The notes: generated from the sequence alone by a model not told the origin. A stretch of DNA of 57,393 nt, filler included, from Trypethelium eluteriae (GCA_051942245.1; 4 parts of 4 records of this genome joined end to end with filler, not necessarily neighbours in it), one strand, 5' to 3'; numbered from the whole stretch's first letter, positions 1 through 13,097 are shown. A program made the numbers and translations.

Positions 1-388
1 GGACTTGAGTGTGAAGGAGGTGGCGTGGAAGAGGGAGGTGGATGGTGTGGATGAGAGGTTGACGCCGCTTAGGGATGAAGAGGATGGTGGGGAGGGAGGG
101 GACGAGGATGTTGAGACGGGACTGATGGATCGGTTTGAAGAGGTGCAACGGTTGACCAAGGAGCTTGTTGTACAAGCGCGGGAAGCAGTGGGCGACAAGG
201 CTACCCCTGAGAACAGACCGACGAGTGAGGACCGCGGCGAGGAAGCAAATGAGAGGAATGGGGTGGGAGTGGCGCCAGCTTTCAGGAAGGCGAAGGTTAC
301 GGAAGTCGAAGAGATGTTGGAACGGGAGTCAGCACTCGTAGAGGCGACGATGGAGAAGTTGGATAGGCTGAGATTGCAGTCCTTGTAG
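1..388 (+). CDS. 3' end of an unidentified acidic/helical protein (5'-truncated at window edge)
   Basis: Open frame from the window start to TAG at 386-388 with protein-like composition; no family recognised. Confidence 0.5.
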   Translation, partial: DLSVKEVAWKREVDGVDERLTPLRDEEDGGEGGDEDVETGLMDRFEEVQRLTKELVVQAREAVGDKATPENRPTSEDRGEEANERNGVGVAPAFRKAKVTEVEEMLERESALVEATMEKLDRLRLQSL

Positions 389-766
389 CCTTAGTGTCGG
401 TTTGGGTATGCTCCTTTCTGGGTAACCAACCCCTTACACGTCTGTTCATGTCTGCGGACCAGGGGGGCCGGAGATTTACTAATAAGACATCAGGCCGCCT
501 ATCAATGTAGCCAGAAAGGCCAGACACGTTCGAGACTAGGTCCTTTAATTCATACCTACCACTTCATATTTTTGTTTCATTGTGATGGGTTGTCTCAATG
601 TGTTGACTATTTTGGCTTTTCTACCTAATTCATGTTTTCCATGACGCTGTAGGCTATCTTTGGCCGACAGCGGGGACCGAGGATCTTAGACAAAGCCTTG
701 GGCTTTTATTTCAATCGAGGCCAAAAGAGAAGAAGAGGGAGACAAGCAAGAAGAGCCACACAGGCG

Positions 767-1565
767 TCACGCTACTGGAAAGTGCTTGTATCCCACACCA
801 TTGACAAATGTCTGCTGCCAAGGCCCTTGTGTCTTTCCCTCAGCCAGCTCTACGTACAATTTCGCATGCGCTTCACCACTGAGACCGGTATACATGGGCG
901 AACCGTCAGCATTTCGCTCGTCGCCATAGTAAAATCTGCAATTGTCAGTCACCTCCCTAGCAAAGTTGGATCAAGAAACTATTTACTTGAACCCGCGATC
1001 CTTGTACGCAGTGGCAGCATACTCAATAATCTGTGCCGTCGCGGACTTGCCAACCCCTAGATCAAAAAATTTGGGTACGGTGACAGTATTAAGGAGGTTT
1101 CCCGTATAGATGAAAGTTCTTGATGCTGTATCAGGGAGCTCGGCGAAGCCAGTAGCGGCCTGTTGAGCCGCGACGAAGGGGCTGACCGTGTTGATCTTGA
1201 GATGCTGATCAAAGTCGGCGAGAGAGAGCGAGAGAGGGTCGTCAGGAGGGGTGAAGGTGACTGCAGAGGCTTTACGGATTCAACAAGATGAAAGAATAGA
1301 CTTAAGGGTATCGATGCACACCATTATAAACGACAACACTTGGGATACCCAGCAATGCCTTGACTTTGGAGAATATATTGACAATAGCGCCAGAGTCGCT
1401 AAAGTCACTCGGGATATAGATCTCGTCAGAAGTACTCTCAGCCTCCTCCGCTCTTCTTGAAGCTAGAGCAACCCGATAACCTTTTTCCTTAAAGGCTCGA
1501 GTTACACTCTGGCCGATGTTCGGGCCTGCACCGAGAATGAGGACAATAGGTGATGTTTTAGACAT
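767..1565 (-). CDS. Short-chain dehydrogenase/reductase (NAD(P)-binding Rossmann fold), 3 exons
   Basis: N-terminal ILGAGPNIG motif, VVYNA, FIYTGN and LGVGKSA motifs; GT-AG introns at 1321-1270 and approximately 986-935 join the frames. Confidence 0.85.
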
Positions 1566-2034
1566 GATGCTAGGTATACGGGAAGGGAATCAGATAAGAT
1601 GGCAGCGAACCATCCATCTTGTACTCTCCTATATACTCGATCCTTTCGCTATCGAAGGCATGCTTCTGAGGGTTTGGAAGGCGTGTGGGACCTATCTCAC
1701 GCTACTCTACAGCATGGAAGGAGGACGAAGTCAAAGCGGCGAGCGGATTTGCAATCAATTCCGTGTCGCAATGAGCTTAGAAATCGGCACAGCAGAACCA
1801 TGGATTTGAAGTTGGCAATAGGATTAGGGGAAAGCTATTGTCTGGCGAGGCAGAACCACCATCTCGCGGACATAACTAATTACTTGCTACAAACTCCGGT
1901 GTCAGAGCCTAGACAGCCATACCAACAGCCATCCGAACGAGCTATCGGTGCTATTTCAACGTCACTCCAGAGCTTTATTACATCATCAGTTACCGCTCTC
2001 TTTTTGCTGCTCTCGGCTCTCGTCATTCACGGAA

Positions 2035-3026
2035 TTAATTACGGTCATCGTGCTCGCATAGAGGCTCCCAGGAACCTCGACTGAGTAAGTGAAAGTCAGC
2101 ATCCAACAACTTGAACACTCTAATTGATAAGATATGTATGCTTACCAATTAGGGCACGTGTCCTGATGCGAGTCAATCCACTCATGAATACAACTCCGAT
2201 GAAAGTTCTTCCCGCATTGCGATTTACACCAAGACAGTGGTCTGCCTTCCAGCTCTTCCCAACAAATGGCGCAGACATCGTCGGTATCGACTGGCCGGCG
2301 GATGACGTGCACGCCGCACAATGACCTTACGGGCGAAGGGTTCCGCGGAGAGAGCTCTGTATGCACGAATTCGTTGAAGAGTCTATCATCAGCAGAGGCG
2401 GATTCTGCGACGTTGTCGATTTGCGCCTCTCGCGGGTCTTCCAAACCTTCCGGAACTACGAAATCATCGAACATTATTGTCTCCCCAGGCCTTCTCAGTT
2501 CTCCGAAGGCTCTACCAAACCCCAAGCCAGAGCCATATCCCACTTGCGCTTCTTGCCTTATGGAAGACTGTGTAGAGCTTCGGAAGTCAGATGTGGAGAG
2601 CCAACCGCCGTCTCTGTCTCCTTCTCCGTTGGCATTGCTCAGGTACTGCGTGAGCTCTAAACTGTCCAGAGTCTCTTCTGAGCCCTCGTCATTGTTGACG
2701 GGACCTTGGTTTCGGACGAGATGGGCTCTTTCCAATCCTGAGACTGCTCCGCCATCCTCTATGGCACTCATGGTGAGCCTGGTTGCCTCAATTCTCGATC
2801 TGGTGGACTCGAGTTGTTCTCGTATCTCTTGCCTCAGTATCTCTTGCCTTCGTATCTCTTGCCTCCGTATCTCTTGCCTCCGTTCTTGAGTTTGCCACGT
2901 GCCATGCCAGTTATCAAGCCTCCGAGCATAGTCTCGTAACGAGCGTCGCTGCAATGCTCTGGGAGAGGAAGGGTCCGAGGCGCTCTGTCTTGCTGTCGGA
3001 GCGAAATCAAAATTATTAGAATCCAT
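2035..3026 (-). CDS. RING-finger protein (putative E3 ligase), 2 exons
   Basis: CAICWEEL...WCKSQCGKNFHRSCIHEW...TCPNC; an intron splits the last Cys codon and exon 2 (2080-2035) reads C-RGSWEPLCEHDDRN*. Confidence 0.8.
2820..2884 (-). repeat. 15-bp tandem repeat (about 4 copies) encoding RQEIR/RQEIL units in the RING gene
   Basis: gtatctcttgcct core recurs with a 15-nt period. Confidence 0.85.
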
Positions 3027-4229
3027 ATTTGCGCGTCACAGGCTGCGGTTCCGGCCCTGATCATGTGTAAGTCAAAGTCAAATGTATTAATTACGTTTTC
3101 CTTGCCAAAAACCTACTCCACGTTCGCATAGGAGTTAGAAGGAGCTGTACGATGAACTTTTACGGGCTACGATGAGAGCGAGTGACTGGACGATGGCGCT
3201 GTATCTGGAAGCTGATCTCTACTAGGGTCTTGCCGCTCCAAGATGTCGTTTTGTATCTCTGTCGTGCTGCTAATGAAGCTCTCGCTGCACCGTGCCTCCG
3301 AAGAGCCTCGCTGGATAGGCGTCCATATACAGGAAAGATAAGAGACAGCCCTGTTGAGAAGCACAAAAGGTGGAAAGAATGTGGGTAGACGCTTGGGTTG
3401 ATTCGAAGATTAAATAGTACAGAGGCATTGGAGCCTCTCCCACACACTATCAGATTGTGGTGAGGACTGAATCGGACGCCCCGTCAACTCTAATGTCTGT
3501 ACACTCTGAGTACCCTTATGCCTCCGCAAAAGCCTCAGAGAAGCCTCTCGGTTGCTATTGCGCTTCAAAGTCCTCAGAGACAAGAAGATTCCAGATTGAG
3601 ATTGTTTTCAGCTCAGGAGCTCAGCTCGACGCGAAGAAAAATAATGAAAATCGAAACAAGGCGAGGAAAGACATTGTTCGAGTGGTCCAAGTTGTTTGGA
3701 GACTTGATAAGTAAGAGCAACAAACGTAGTTACCATCACAAATTACATATGATGGATTTCCCATTTGGCTACCATCCATTAAGGTAGGTGTCACTCACAG
3801 ACCAGAGACCACCCAATCTGAGAATATTCATTTGGAATCCAAGATACAAGGGACGTCAAATGAAGCTAAACGAGCCTTATATTTGACTGGTTTAGCATGC
3901 GCAGCTTACACCAAAGTGCGCATCGGAATGCTTCGCTCGACTGCGACGTGACTTTCTTCACAGACACAACTGCCTCCCTGACAGAAATCCCTACCTGCTG
4001 CCTAATGGTACGCCTAGGGCCTGCAGTTTATAGCCATGACACGAGACTTGCTTTTCATGGCCGATGAAACCGCCTTCCTGAAAGCTGGAAGACAAATCGA
4101 TTCTCCAACTCCAGAAGAGCAGAAAACATGTAATCCAAACTCCCCGAAGCTAGCCTGACCAGCAGAGCACTCGTTCGGATAACGTATGAAAGAAAAAAAA
4201 AAAACGCAACAAGCATAGCAGCAGTTTCG

Positions 4230-5537
4230 TCAAGAAGGGACCAAAGATCTGCTCGCATGATCCCCAACCGCCGAGCGGTCACGATTCAGAGCCTGGGACA
4301 AATCGGCGTTCTTAGCATCACTCTCGCGGTCTCTGAACAAACGAAGTAATCGCCGCCCAACGGAAGGAGGCGCATCCTCAGGCGGCATAGGCTCTGGCGA
4401 CGACTCCCTGAGTTGGCCGGCCTCTCTGAATTGGCCGGCCAGCTGCCAATGCGCCCGGCGGAGATCGACCTGCAGCCGAGCGATGTGATCCCGGAACAGC
4501 TGCAAGGTATCTTGCAGTCTGTCGTTGCGTTGTTGTAGATGATTTAGCTCGTGCGCGTCGTGCTCCTGTTGACTGCTTTGCTGTGTGTTCTGTTGGTGGA
4601 GAGCTTGTCGGAGTTTTTGGTTTGCTTCTTTCTCCCGTCGAAGTTCATCGTCAAGTCTTCGCCGCTCATCTTGTGCTTTCAATCCTTGTTCAGCGGCTTC
4701 CCTTTTTTGTGCCTCGATCTTCTGTTCAAGCTCATGGTTCCGACGTTCTTGATCCTCACTCCGTTCTTTCGCGCTGCGGAGATCTTCTTGCAGTCGCCGT
4801 TGCTCATCCTTTTCGTCCCCGCCAATCTGTTCACGTTTCATTTCCCGTTCCTGACGCTCCGTCTTGACCATCTGTTGTTGCTCTTCCAGCCTCTGTCTGA
4901 GTCTGGCATTCTCCTCATCCTTTTGGTCAACGTCATCTCGTAAACGATTGTTGTCTTGCTCCAATCTCTGAAAGGCTGTATGCAGATCTATCATACTACC
5001 GAGGATTTTTTGGGTTCTCTGGAGTGAAGCAGTCCTGGTGCTGTCCGGAGCAACTCCTTCCTCCGACGCAGGAGTATGGACCGGTGAAGGTGGAGGAATA
5101 CAAGTACCAGGGATAGATCTTTCATTTACCGAACCGCAATCTCTAGAGCCGGTCTCAATAGCCATGGCAATATTTTTCAGCCATCGTTGTACTGCTTTGT
5201 CATGCTTCACAGGTAATTTGCGGTGCACGTTCTTGCAAAGCGTCAATGCCGCGATTCGCCGGAGCTCTGGCTCTATTTGTGGACCTTGTGGATCTGTATA
5301 GGCGAGTTGAGCTACTAGGCTTAAAGCTTGTGCAATGTTTTGTTTCGTTGCTCTATTGCGGCAACGCCTTCGGTCGCGCGTGTCGCTTGGACAAGTAAAA
5401 AGGTTTTCGTGCTCTGCATTGTAGATCTCCAATATAGCAACTGAATCCCAATGGTGAGCCTGTTGGTACGAAGTTTGGAATGAACCTATACGAGGCGGAG
5501 TCGTAGGAGGTGTTAAAGGGAGGAGCGTCGCCATCAT
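4230..5537 (-). CDS. Intronless protein: N-terminal Cys/His (putative Zn-binding) domain + long coiled coil; paralogue A
   Basis: Long ORF; FTC-x7-RRCR...LC-x3-H motif followed by a Q/E/R-rich helical region; aligns by eye to 6264-7568. Confidence 0.75.
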   Translation of the reverse strand: MMATLLPLTPPTTPPRIGSFQTSYQQAHHWDSVAILEIYNAEHENLFTCPSDTRDRRRCRNRATKQNIAQALSLVAQLAYTDPQGPQIEPELRRIAALTLCKNVHRKLPVKHDKAVQRWLKNIAMAIETGSRDCGSVNERSIPGTCIPPPSPVHTPASEEGVAPDSTRTASLQRTQKILGSMIDLHTAFQRLEQDNNRLRDDVDQKDEENARLRQRLEEQQQMVKTERQEREMKREQIGGDEKDEQRRLQEDLRSAKERSEDQERRNHELEQKIEAQKREAAEQGLKAQDERRRLDDELRREKEANQKLRQALHQQNTQQSSQQEHDAHELNHLQQRNDRLQDTLQLFRDHIARLQVDLRRAHWQLAGQFREAGQLRESSPEPMPPEDAPPSVGRRLLRLFRDRESDAKNADLSQALNRDRSAVGDHASRSLVPS

Positions 5538-6263
5538 GATACCAGTCAAACACGGTGGTGTAGGGAAAAGAAATAATGCACAGAATCATCTCAGAACTCA
5601 GGTGAAGACAAGCCAAGAATCAACCCCGTATTTAATCACGGAGAGATTTTCTACTCCGTATGGATCTGCCTCTGCCTAAAAGCTTGAATATCCAACCGGC
5701 CAATAATATCATCATACAATCTCAGCCTTGCATAGCCTGGCAATTCCCCGGTAGGGAGGCCCGCATGCGAATGCATGCGATCATCTAGTCCGAATCGGCA
5801 CAGAATCGTATTCCCTTTCGTGAGTGGGCCGGGTTTCGGCCACTTACTGGGGCTGTGCCGCCCGACTACTCTACTGTGTCTTTGTCCTTGCCCGCGTCGA
5901 CGCACTTTGCCGCAGGAAAGTTGAAGCTGATCTATGCATCTCTTTATTGGAGAAGACTGATGACGTGCAGGTCTGCAGCAAAGCGAAGAACCATAGAAAT
6001 ATTGGGGATTGGATTTCCTAGTATTTGAAGACTGAAATATTGCAATTCTTGACTCAAATTGCGGAAACAAAGAAACCAAGACGCCGAGCTCATAGTATCT
6101 CCGACCGTTAGTGCGAAATGAAGGCTGAGAGATGAATTGAAGAAATTGAAAAAGGAAAGGAGAGAAACCTGCCCAATGCAGCTGACGCCCCCAAGCCCCA
6201 TGTCCAACCTAGCTTTACCCAGTCCACTAATCAGAGAGCTACCCAGCTCAGAGAGCTACCCGC

Positions 6264-7568
6264 TCAGCGTTTCCATGATCGGCTTGACAAGAATTGTTTT
6301 ACGCGTGATGTATTGGATGTCGGCACTGAGTCCACAGAGGTTTGTTCTGCCTCTGATTCTTGGTACGTTCGTCTGAGTTCCCTATGAGATCGTGAACGAT
6401 CTTTGACTAGCCGATGCTGATTTTGTTGAAGCGAATCGAATGCGCCCTTCAGTCTATGATATTCCTGCTGTTCCCGCTCGCGCAGCTCCTTGAGCCTCTG
6501 CAAAGCTTCTCTTTCGCCTCGAGCATTTTCCTTTTCTCGCTTGTGGTCTTCAGTCAGCTTTACCAAAGCCTTCCTTTCTTGTCGAAGGGCATCCCGAAGA
6601 GATTGATGCTGAGCCTGCTGTTGAGCAAGAGTATCTTGTGTTCTCTGACTGCTCTCTTGTTCTCGCTCAAAACGCTGCCGAAGCTCATTTTTCTGCTCCG
6701 TGGTTCGTCGAAGGTCTTCTTGGAGGGATTCGTTTTGAGTTTGTTGTTGCTTGAGATCGTGCTGTAGTTTCTGACTGTTTTCTTTCTCTGTACCAAGACA
6801 TCGTTGAACCTTAGCCAAGGAATCCTGCTGACTTTGTAGTTTCGATTCAAGAGCAAGGCGTTGTCGCTCCTCAGCTTGCCTGGCTTTCTTAGCTGCATCC
6901 AATTGAGCGGTATGCTGCTCATCCTTTCGGCGTTCTATAGCCAGACGCTGTTGCATTAGCTCGCCCTCAAGCTGCACCTGCTTTTTGAGCATTTCGTCTT
7001 TCTTGTGTAGCTCACAAGTGAAATTCTCTTTCTGCCTGGCTGTTTGACTTATGGCTTTCTGCAAGGCTGCTTCCAGCATGTCTTTCGTTTGCTTGAGATT
7101 TCGTACGGTTGCTTCAACGTTGTTCACGATTTTTGTGGGGGCTTCCACCGCATCCTCTTCCTTGATTGGTGTCGTCACCTGCGTCTCGCGTTTCTGAGTA
7201 GGCTTGTCGATGAGATTCAGATATGTCTCGAATTCGCGCATCACATAGCGCAGCTGTCTTTCCGTATCCTTCCACGAATGCCATCGCCCACAGAGGCCTG
7301 CATGAGCCGCTTTGCCGAGTTCTTTCTCCATCTGCTTGAAATTCGGAGTACGATACGCTAGCTTTTCAAGAATCTCAAAGACTCTTGGTTGACCCCCTTG
7401 CGCAGGAGGTAACCTGCAACGACGACCTTGGGTCTCCGCATAGCCAAGACAGGTGAATTTATTGTAATAATCAGCGTTGTAAATTTGAAGGGTGGACACA
7501 GGGTCCCAAAGCTTAGTATTTCGCGGTGGAGTGCTAGGAGGAGTAGGGGGCGAGAGCGTTGCTGCCAT
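6264..7568 (-). CDS. Intronless protein: N-terminal Cys/His (putative Zn-binding) domain + long coiled coil; paralogue B
   Basis: 434-aa ORF; WDPV..L.IYNA...FTCLG...GRRCR...LCGRWH, then coiled coil. Confidence 0.75.
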   Translation of the reverse strand: MAATLSPPTPPSTPPRNTKLWDPVSTLQIYNADYYNKFTCLGYAETQGRRCRLPPAQGGQPRVFEILEKLAYRTPNFKQMEKELGKAAHAGLCGRWHSWKDTERQLRYVMREFETYLNLIDKPTQKRETQVTTPIKEEDAVEAPTKIVNNVEATVRNLKQTKDMLEAALQKAISQTARQKENFTCELHKKDEMLKKQVQLEGELMQQRLAIERRKDEQHTAQLDAAKKARQAEERQRLALESKLQSQQDSLAKVQRCLGTEKENSQKLQHDLKQQQTQNESLQEDLRRTTEQKNELRQRFEREQESSQRTQDTLAQQQAQHQSLRDALRQERKALVKLTEDHKREKENARGEREALQRLKELREREQQEYHRLKGAFDSLQQNQHRLVKDRSRSHRELRRTYQESEAEQTSVDSVPTSNTSRVKQFLSSRSWKR

Positions 7569-10500
7569 CTTGGCTAATTTCTAATTGTTGTACTTTTTCG
7601 TAGGACCAACGGTGGAGTGTCAAACTTAAGATCAGAGATGATGGAAGGGTCTCTGGTCTTCGTTATAAAGAGGCCTGTTTGATCCTTTGTTTCTGTTCTG
7701 ATTGTGCTGAGACGTCGCTGTCTCATGTAGCATGATACAGTCAAAGATTGGGTGGTTAGCAACTCATCTCGTACCATGCGGCACAAAGCCTGCTTTAAAA
7801 TCGGTGACATCTAACTACGCCTCTATCGCAAGGCTCAAAGCTCTTCATACTCCGATAGCAAATGTCGATGTCTATTGGCTGAGCCCTTGTTGGTTTGGCG
7901 CCGAAGGCGTGGTACCAAACGATTGAGGCTACTGTGCCTCACAAATGCGGTAGTACATGTCTTGCGCCTCCGCACTGACAATTGTGAAGAGAGGCAAGGT
8001 ATCGCTTGGGAGAGTTCGGCAAAGGGCATTCAACAGACTTACCAGCACTAAGGAGATGTTTCTATGGAGGTAAGTCAAGCCATCTGTTGTGAGTATAGTC
8101 TGTAATTACTGTGGATTACTTGAAACCATACCTTGAGTAAATCTACTCAGAGCGTGCAGAATTGCATGAGTAGAGAAAGGGGAAATTTTAGGAGAGATCC
8201 AAGATTAGAACTCGGAATTTTCCATGATTGGATGCGGCACCTTGACAAATATTTGAGGCACCTGCAGCCTCAAAAAAGCAAACAGCGGACGGCAGCCTGC
8301 CATGATATCACCTTGAGAACGTATAATAGACAAGATACGAAACGCTTCCAGATACTTAGTATGGCTGTAATGATTAACCCCCTGTACAGTAATGTCTGGA
8401 CATCTTTTCAAGAGCGTGAGATCTTGGGTCAAGAGACAGTGTAGGTCTTGCTACACGGATGGCCAGCGGGGAGTAAGATGAGGGCTTTGACGCGAGACTG
8501 ACGTCGCGGTGTGCGTTTCGACGCGTCGCAGACAAAGACAGAATAATGCTCGAGCCGTACAAAGGTTCTGAAAATGGAGCGAACAGACTATGGGACAATC
8601 ACGTCCGCCGCACTTTTGAGGATGCTCTTCAGACTTCTGTCTTCCCCGGAAGCGCTTGCGATTTGCTCCGAACAAAGACCGATGAGTGCCACGCGTACCG
8701 GTACGGAGTACTTAAATATCCACTCATGCCGCAACTTTCCCGTAGGCAGTGCGATGTTTTGCGTTGTACATTGTGCGGTCATGAAAAGTAGCACAAACGA
8801 TCTGAGTCGGTCTTCCTGCATTCCATTTCCTCCAGGAGAGGTTCGATGGCATTAATTGTGGCTGTAACTCTAGGCTAGAGCCCTTCCAGCTCACATGCGC
8901 TGGTGACAGGGCCACGAGGCGTCCCTGCTCAACTAGGAGATCTGCTTGTGACCCAGGTTTTCTTTTCGACGTTAAGTCACGACTTAGTCGGTTGTTATAA
9001 AACTTCTAAAATCTACCAGGGCCCTCTTCAAATATGTGAAGGTAGTCGATGGCCGCAGTCAGTACCATTAGGCCTCAGAGGTACTCCGAGTGGAGCTCGA
9101 CATGAGCTCTGACCAGGCCAAAGCGTTCAATGACCATGCCAATGGAGCATCAGATCGTGCCTTGCAGGACCACCCTCTCTCAGGAAAGCAGACCCAGCTC
9201 ACCCAAATCCATCATTGCCTTTCCGGGATTTACGGACTTCGTATGCGAAAGCTCGGCCGTGTACATTGTAGATAGTGTCGTTGATCAAGTAAGTCCTTCT
9301 TATTTGACTACTTTCATGAAGTTTCCTAGGACTAGCTCACCCCCTTCGTCGGCAGATTTCTCAAGTTTGCAAGATGCATTGACTAGAGAGATAGTCCAGT
9401 ATGGGTTTGGGACACCTTCCGGCGCGGTTCTCAGCGCTACTACCGATGGACTCTTTGAGACTTGACATCAATCAGCCTTTTCAAATACATTACTCTCGAC
9501 AAGCACCTAAAATCATAATAACTAAATAGGCAAATGTCAAACAGTGCAGTGCAGTGGAGTGGTCTTTTCGAGTGAGATTTCATCAAGCTCGATCGATAGA
9601 GAACACCAATTTTTAAGCCACACTTCAAGAATCTGAAATGCTTGAGTTAAAGGACTGCACTCTCCGGTGATTTCATGCCCATATTGGAACAGACACGGCG
9701 AAAGCACTATCGCTCAATGACAAGACTCCCTTAATAAAAGCGGGTTGTTGGGATGCTTTTACAGAATTGATCAGTGTTGAGAATTGACTTTGTGTTGTAG
9801 AGTATGTGGTCAAGGTCTATGCTGAAAACCCGTTTGTCGACGCCTTTTTTGGGAAAGCTGTGGAGCGTTCCGGACGCAAGGTTAATTCTGGGATTTCCAA
9901 GTACCTAGGATGCCTTCCGCTAACGCCGAGACTTGAGGATGTGGAAGTGGCTGATACCTTGACTGTACATTTGCACACTGTTATGGTTGAAGGCAAAGAC
10001 CGATGGAAGGTCTTCAAGGTTATGTAAGTAGAAGTAAAACTGTACTTTAGCTGTTCCAGAACCTGTCTTCCCTATTGAAGTGGACTGTCGTCTGTTCTTC
10101 ATACATGATTATCGTTGAGGAGCCTCGCGAAAGTGTAGAGGTCAAAACCTTGGCCACGTCCAACATCGCCAGGCTTCGCGCTGTGGCGGTGAGGAGAGAG
10201 GTATATTACCTTGAGTGATTGAAGGGAAAAGCCACGGAATGACCTGCTTTTCTCAGACGCGACAGGCGCAGAGAACAAGTCGCAGACAGGGGTGGCGCGG
10301 TCGGGGGATCGTGAGAGTTGCGATCGAGAGCATCATCACCGATCGAGCTGTCGAACCGGTTCAATCAACGCGCTACGTACCATGAGTACTCCTCTCTTTG
10401 CCGCGAATTGCCAATGGCCCAGTATTTCCGCACGCCATCAATCCCCGTGCAGTCGGGTTCTGAGCGCGTGTCTTCCAGCTGGATCGTTGCTCCATGGTAA

Positions 10501-10671
10501 CGGTAGGAGAGAAGAGATCGTGCGATGCTCTTCCCGCCCAACGCCTGTCATCGAGATCGGAAGTGTACCTTGACTGTTGCCACGCAACTCCTCGGCTGGA
10601 GATTTGGTTTTGGTTCTTGAAGGTTCCAGTCTTCTGACTTCCTGCTGTACCTGGCGCTTGACTCTGCGACC

Positions 10672-13097
10672 ATGTCAAAGTTCGACTTCAAGAGGAGGCT
10701 CAGTCATGCGCGAGTGAAGCTGCTGGGATCCGAGAAGGCAGCTGGAGCGCCGCCGCCGCTACCCGTGACGGGGCTTGCTAAGACATCTTCTCCGCAACGA
10801 CCGCTGCCTCTCTCGCGCAGCTCCAAATCATATTCCGGCCTTGGTCTCGACCAACGACACCGCCCTCCCTTCCAGCAAGAATCCCTCAAGACTACTGAGG
10901 AACCGCCCTCGCTTACGTCCGCCTCCTCGACCAGCGAGGTTGGCGTCGGCTTGTCTGGCTCGGAGCTTCACGAGCATCCCACCTTGACGGTTGAGCCCTC
11001 CACTCCAGAAACTCAGGATGCCGTCGAGATAAGAGAAGACGTCTCACAGGGCCGATCGCAAGGAAGTGATCGAGCCTTGTCCCTCGAATCATCCGAGCAG
11101 CCCAAAGCAAAGAAGCGACCGAGCCAACCCGTCCGGCAGCAATCCCTAGTGCATAGTTCGAATCACCAGATCATTCAAACACTCCTAGATACAGATCCAC
11201 GAGCACAATCGCACAACGAGCCGCCGAGCGCACCAGATTACTTCACGCCGGATCCGATTACCAACATGGCCAGCATCATGTACAGGAAAATCTGGGTAAA
11301 GAGACAAGGAGGCTCGGCAACGCAAGTGCAAATACGGGAGGAAGACTTGGTGGACGATGTAAGGGATGCTATTCTCAAGAAATACGGCAACTCTCTTGGC
11401 CGTACTCTCGATGCTCCGGATGTCGACATAAAGATCTTCCCAAGAAGCCACAGCCAAAGCAAGCGCCCAAAAGAACGCGTACTCGCGCCAGATGAGGACA
11501 TGTGTCGGACGTTGGACGCCTTTTATCCTGGAGGTCAGACTATGGACGAAGCCCTAGTAATCTGCATACCCCAACGGCATACGCCTCAGCCATCTCCAGG
11601 AGGCCACTACGTTGCGCACCATTACAGTGAGGAGCACCGCCGGCCAGTGGAGAGTGGAAATGGTTATTTTCCACCCATGCCGGCGGTTGTACCTCCTAGT
11701 AGCCACTCATCGGTGTCACTAGAGAATCATCACTCGGTACAAGCTCATGATACGGCCAGATCAATGAGTGTCATTAACACGGGTCAGGTCCCTCCGCTAC
11801 CGTCACCCGGCGGCACATTGCGTATTCATAACCGGCACATCCGACCCAAAACCACACGTCAGCAAACTGCATCTCCGACCATGCAGAATGTCTCGAGTAC
11901 AGGCGGGTCGAATCTAGCGCCCGCTGCTCCCTCTTTTCGCCCACCTCGTTCTCATGTTGATTCCGTTGCATCCGATCACCCCACTGCTCCTAATCCACCA
12001 CCTCTTCCTACCCCTCCCGCTCCTGAAGCGCCCCCCACGAATGCTAAAGCAGGCTCAACACCTCCAACTCCAAATGGTCTTACCTCTGCACGCGTAACCT
12101 CTCCTGATCCGGGAAAGAGAATGAAGAAACGCGGACCTCTCGGCATGTCACGGCGTAATGGGTCAAAGGCACACATACAGACAGACAGTGATGGGCATGT
12201 CCCAAATATTACTGCAGCCCTATCTCCAACCGCCATTGACTCATCGGTTCCACCCATCAACTGCTTGATCGTCGAAGACAATATCATCAACTTGAAATTG
12301 CTTGAAGCTTTTATGAAGAGACTCAAAGTCAGATGGCAAACTGCTATGAACGGGCAAGCAGCCGTTACAAAGTGGCGGAATGGAGGGTTTCATCTGGTCT
12401 TGATGGACATCCAATTACCCATCATGAGCGGTCTTGAGGCTACAAAGGAGATTAGGAGATTGGAACGCGTCAACGGCGTGGGTGTGTTGGGAACCCCAGG
12501 ACCTTCGAAGCCAAGCACTCAAAGCTCGTCGGATGATAGCGGAGATGGTGTGACGAATGGTACAAAAGGGGATGAAGGGGGGGAGACCGTGGGTAAGAAG
12601 CTGGATGAGAGCGATCAGCTGGAGAAGTCGGCCGGTTTATTTAAGAGCCCCGTCATCATTGTTGCGTTGACAGCAAGCTCGCTCCAAAGTGATCGTCACG
12701 AGGCTCTCGCTGCTGGCTGCAACGACTTTTTGACCAAGGTATGAGCTGTTTCCATCTCTAAATTCCCGTTTCAACACTAACAATTGATCTGCAGCCCGTC
12801 AACTTCGTCTGGCTCGAGCGCAAAGTCAAGGAATGGGGATGCATGCAAGCGCTTATCGACTTTGATGGTTGGCGGAAATGGAAAGACTTTGCGCCCCAAA
12901 ACGAGGATACAAACAACGGCAACAAGGGTCTCTTGGCAGGAAAGAATCATAGTCGTAAGGGCAGTGCGGGCACAAAGAGCTCAAGGCGCGAGAAGCGAAG
13001 GAGTGACAGTAGCAGTCTCGCCCCACAGCTACCCGGTACGACCGAGGGTAGTGAGTCTTCAGCGACGCTAGAGAAAGGGTCGAAAGCAGAGAGTTGA
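10672..13097 (+). CDS. SSK1: Response regulator of the HOG osmosensing phosphorelay (Ssk1/SskA/Mcs4), 2 exons
   Basis: RKIWVKR..SAT domain; receiver domain PPINCLIVEDN...LVLMDIQLP...IIVALTASSLQSDRHEALAAGCNDFLTK|PVNFVWLERKVKEWGCMQALIDFDGW; intron 12739-12794. Confidence 0.95.

Noticed and set aside
9090..10220. Possible multi-exon gene (GTAAGT donors at about 9289 and 10025; ORFs 9130-9465 and 9806-10027)
   Set aside because: I could not build a frame-consistent splice path, and no family motif is recognisable.
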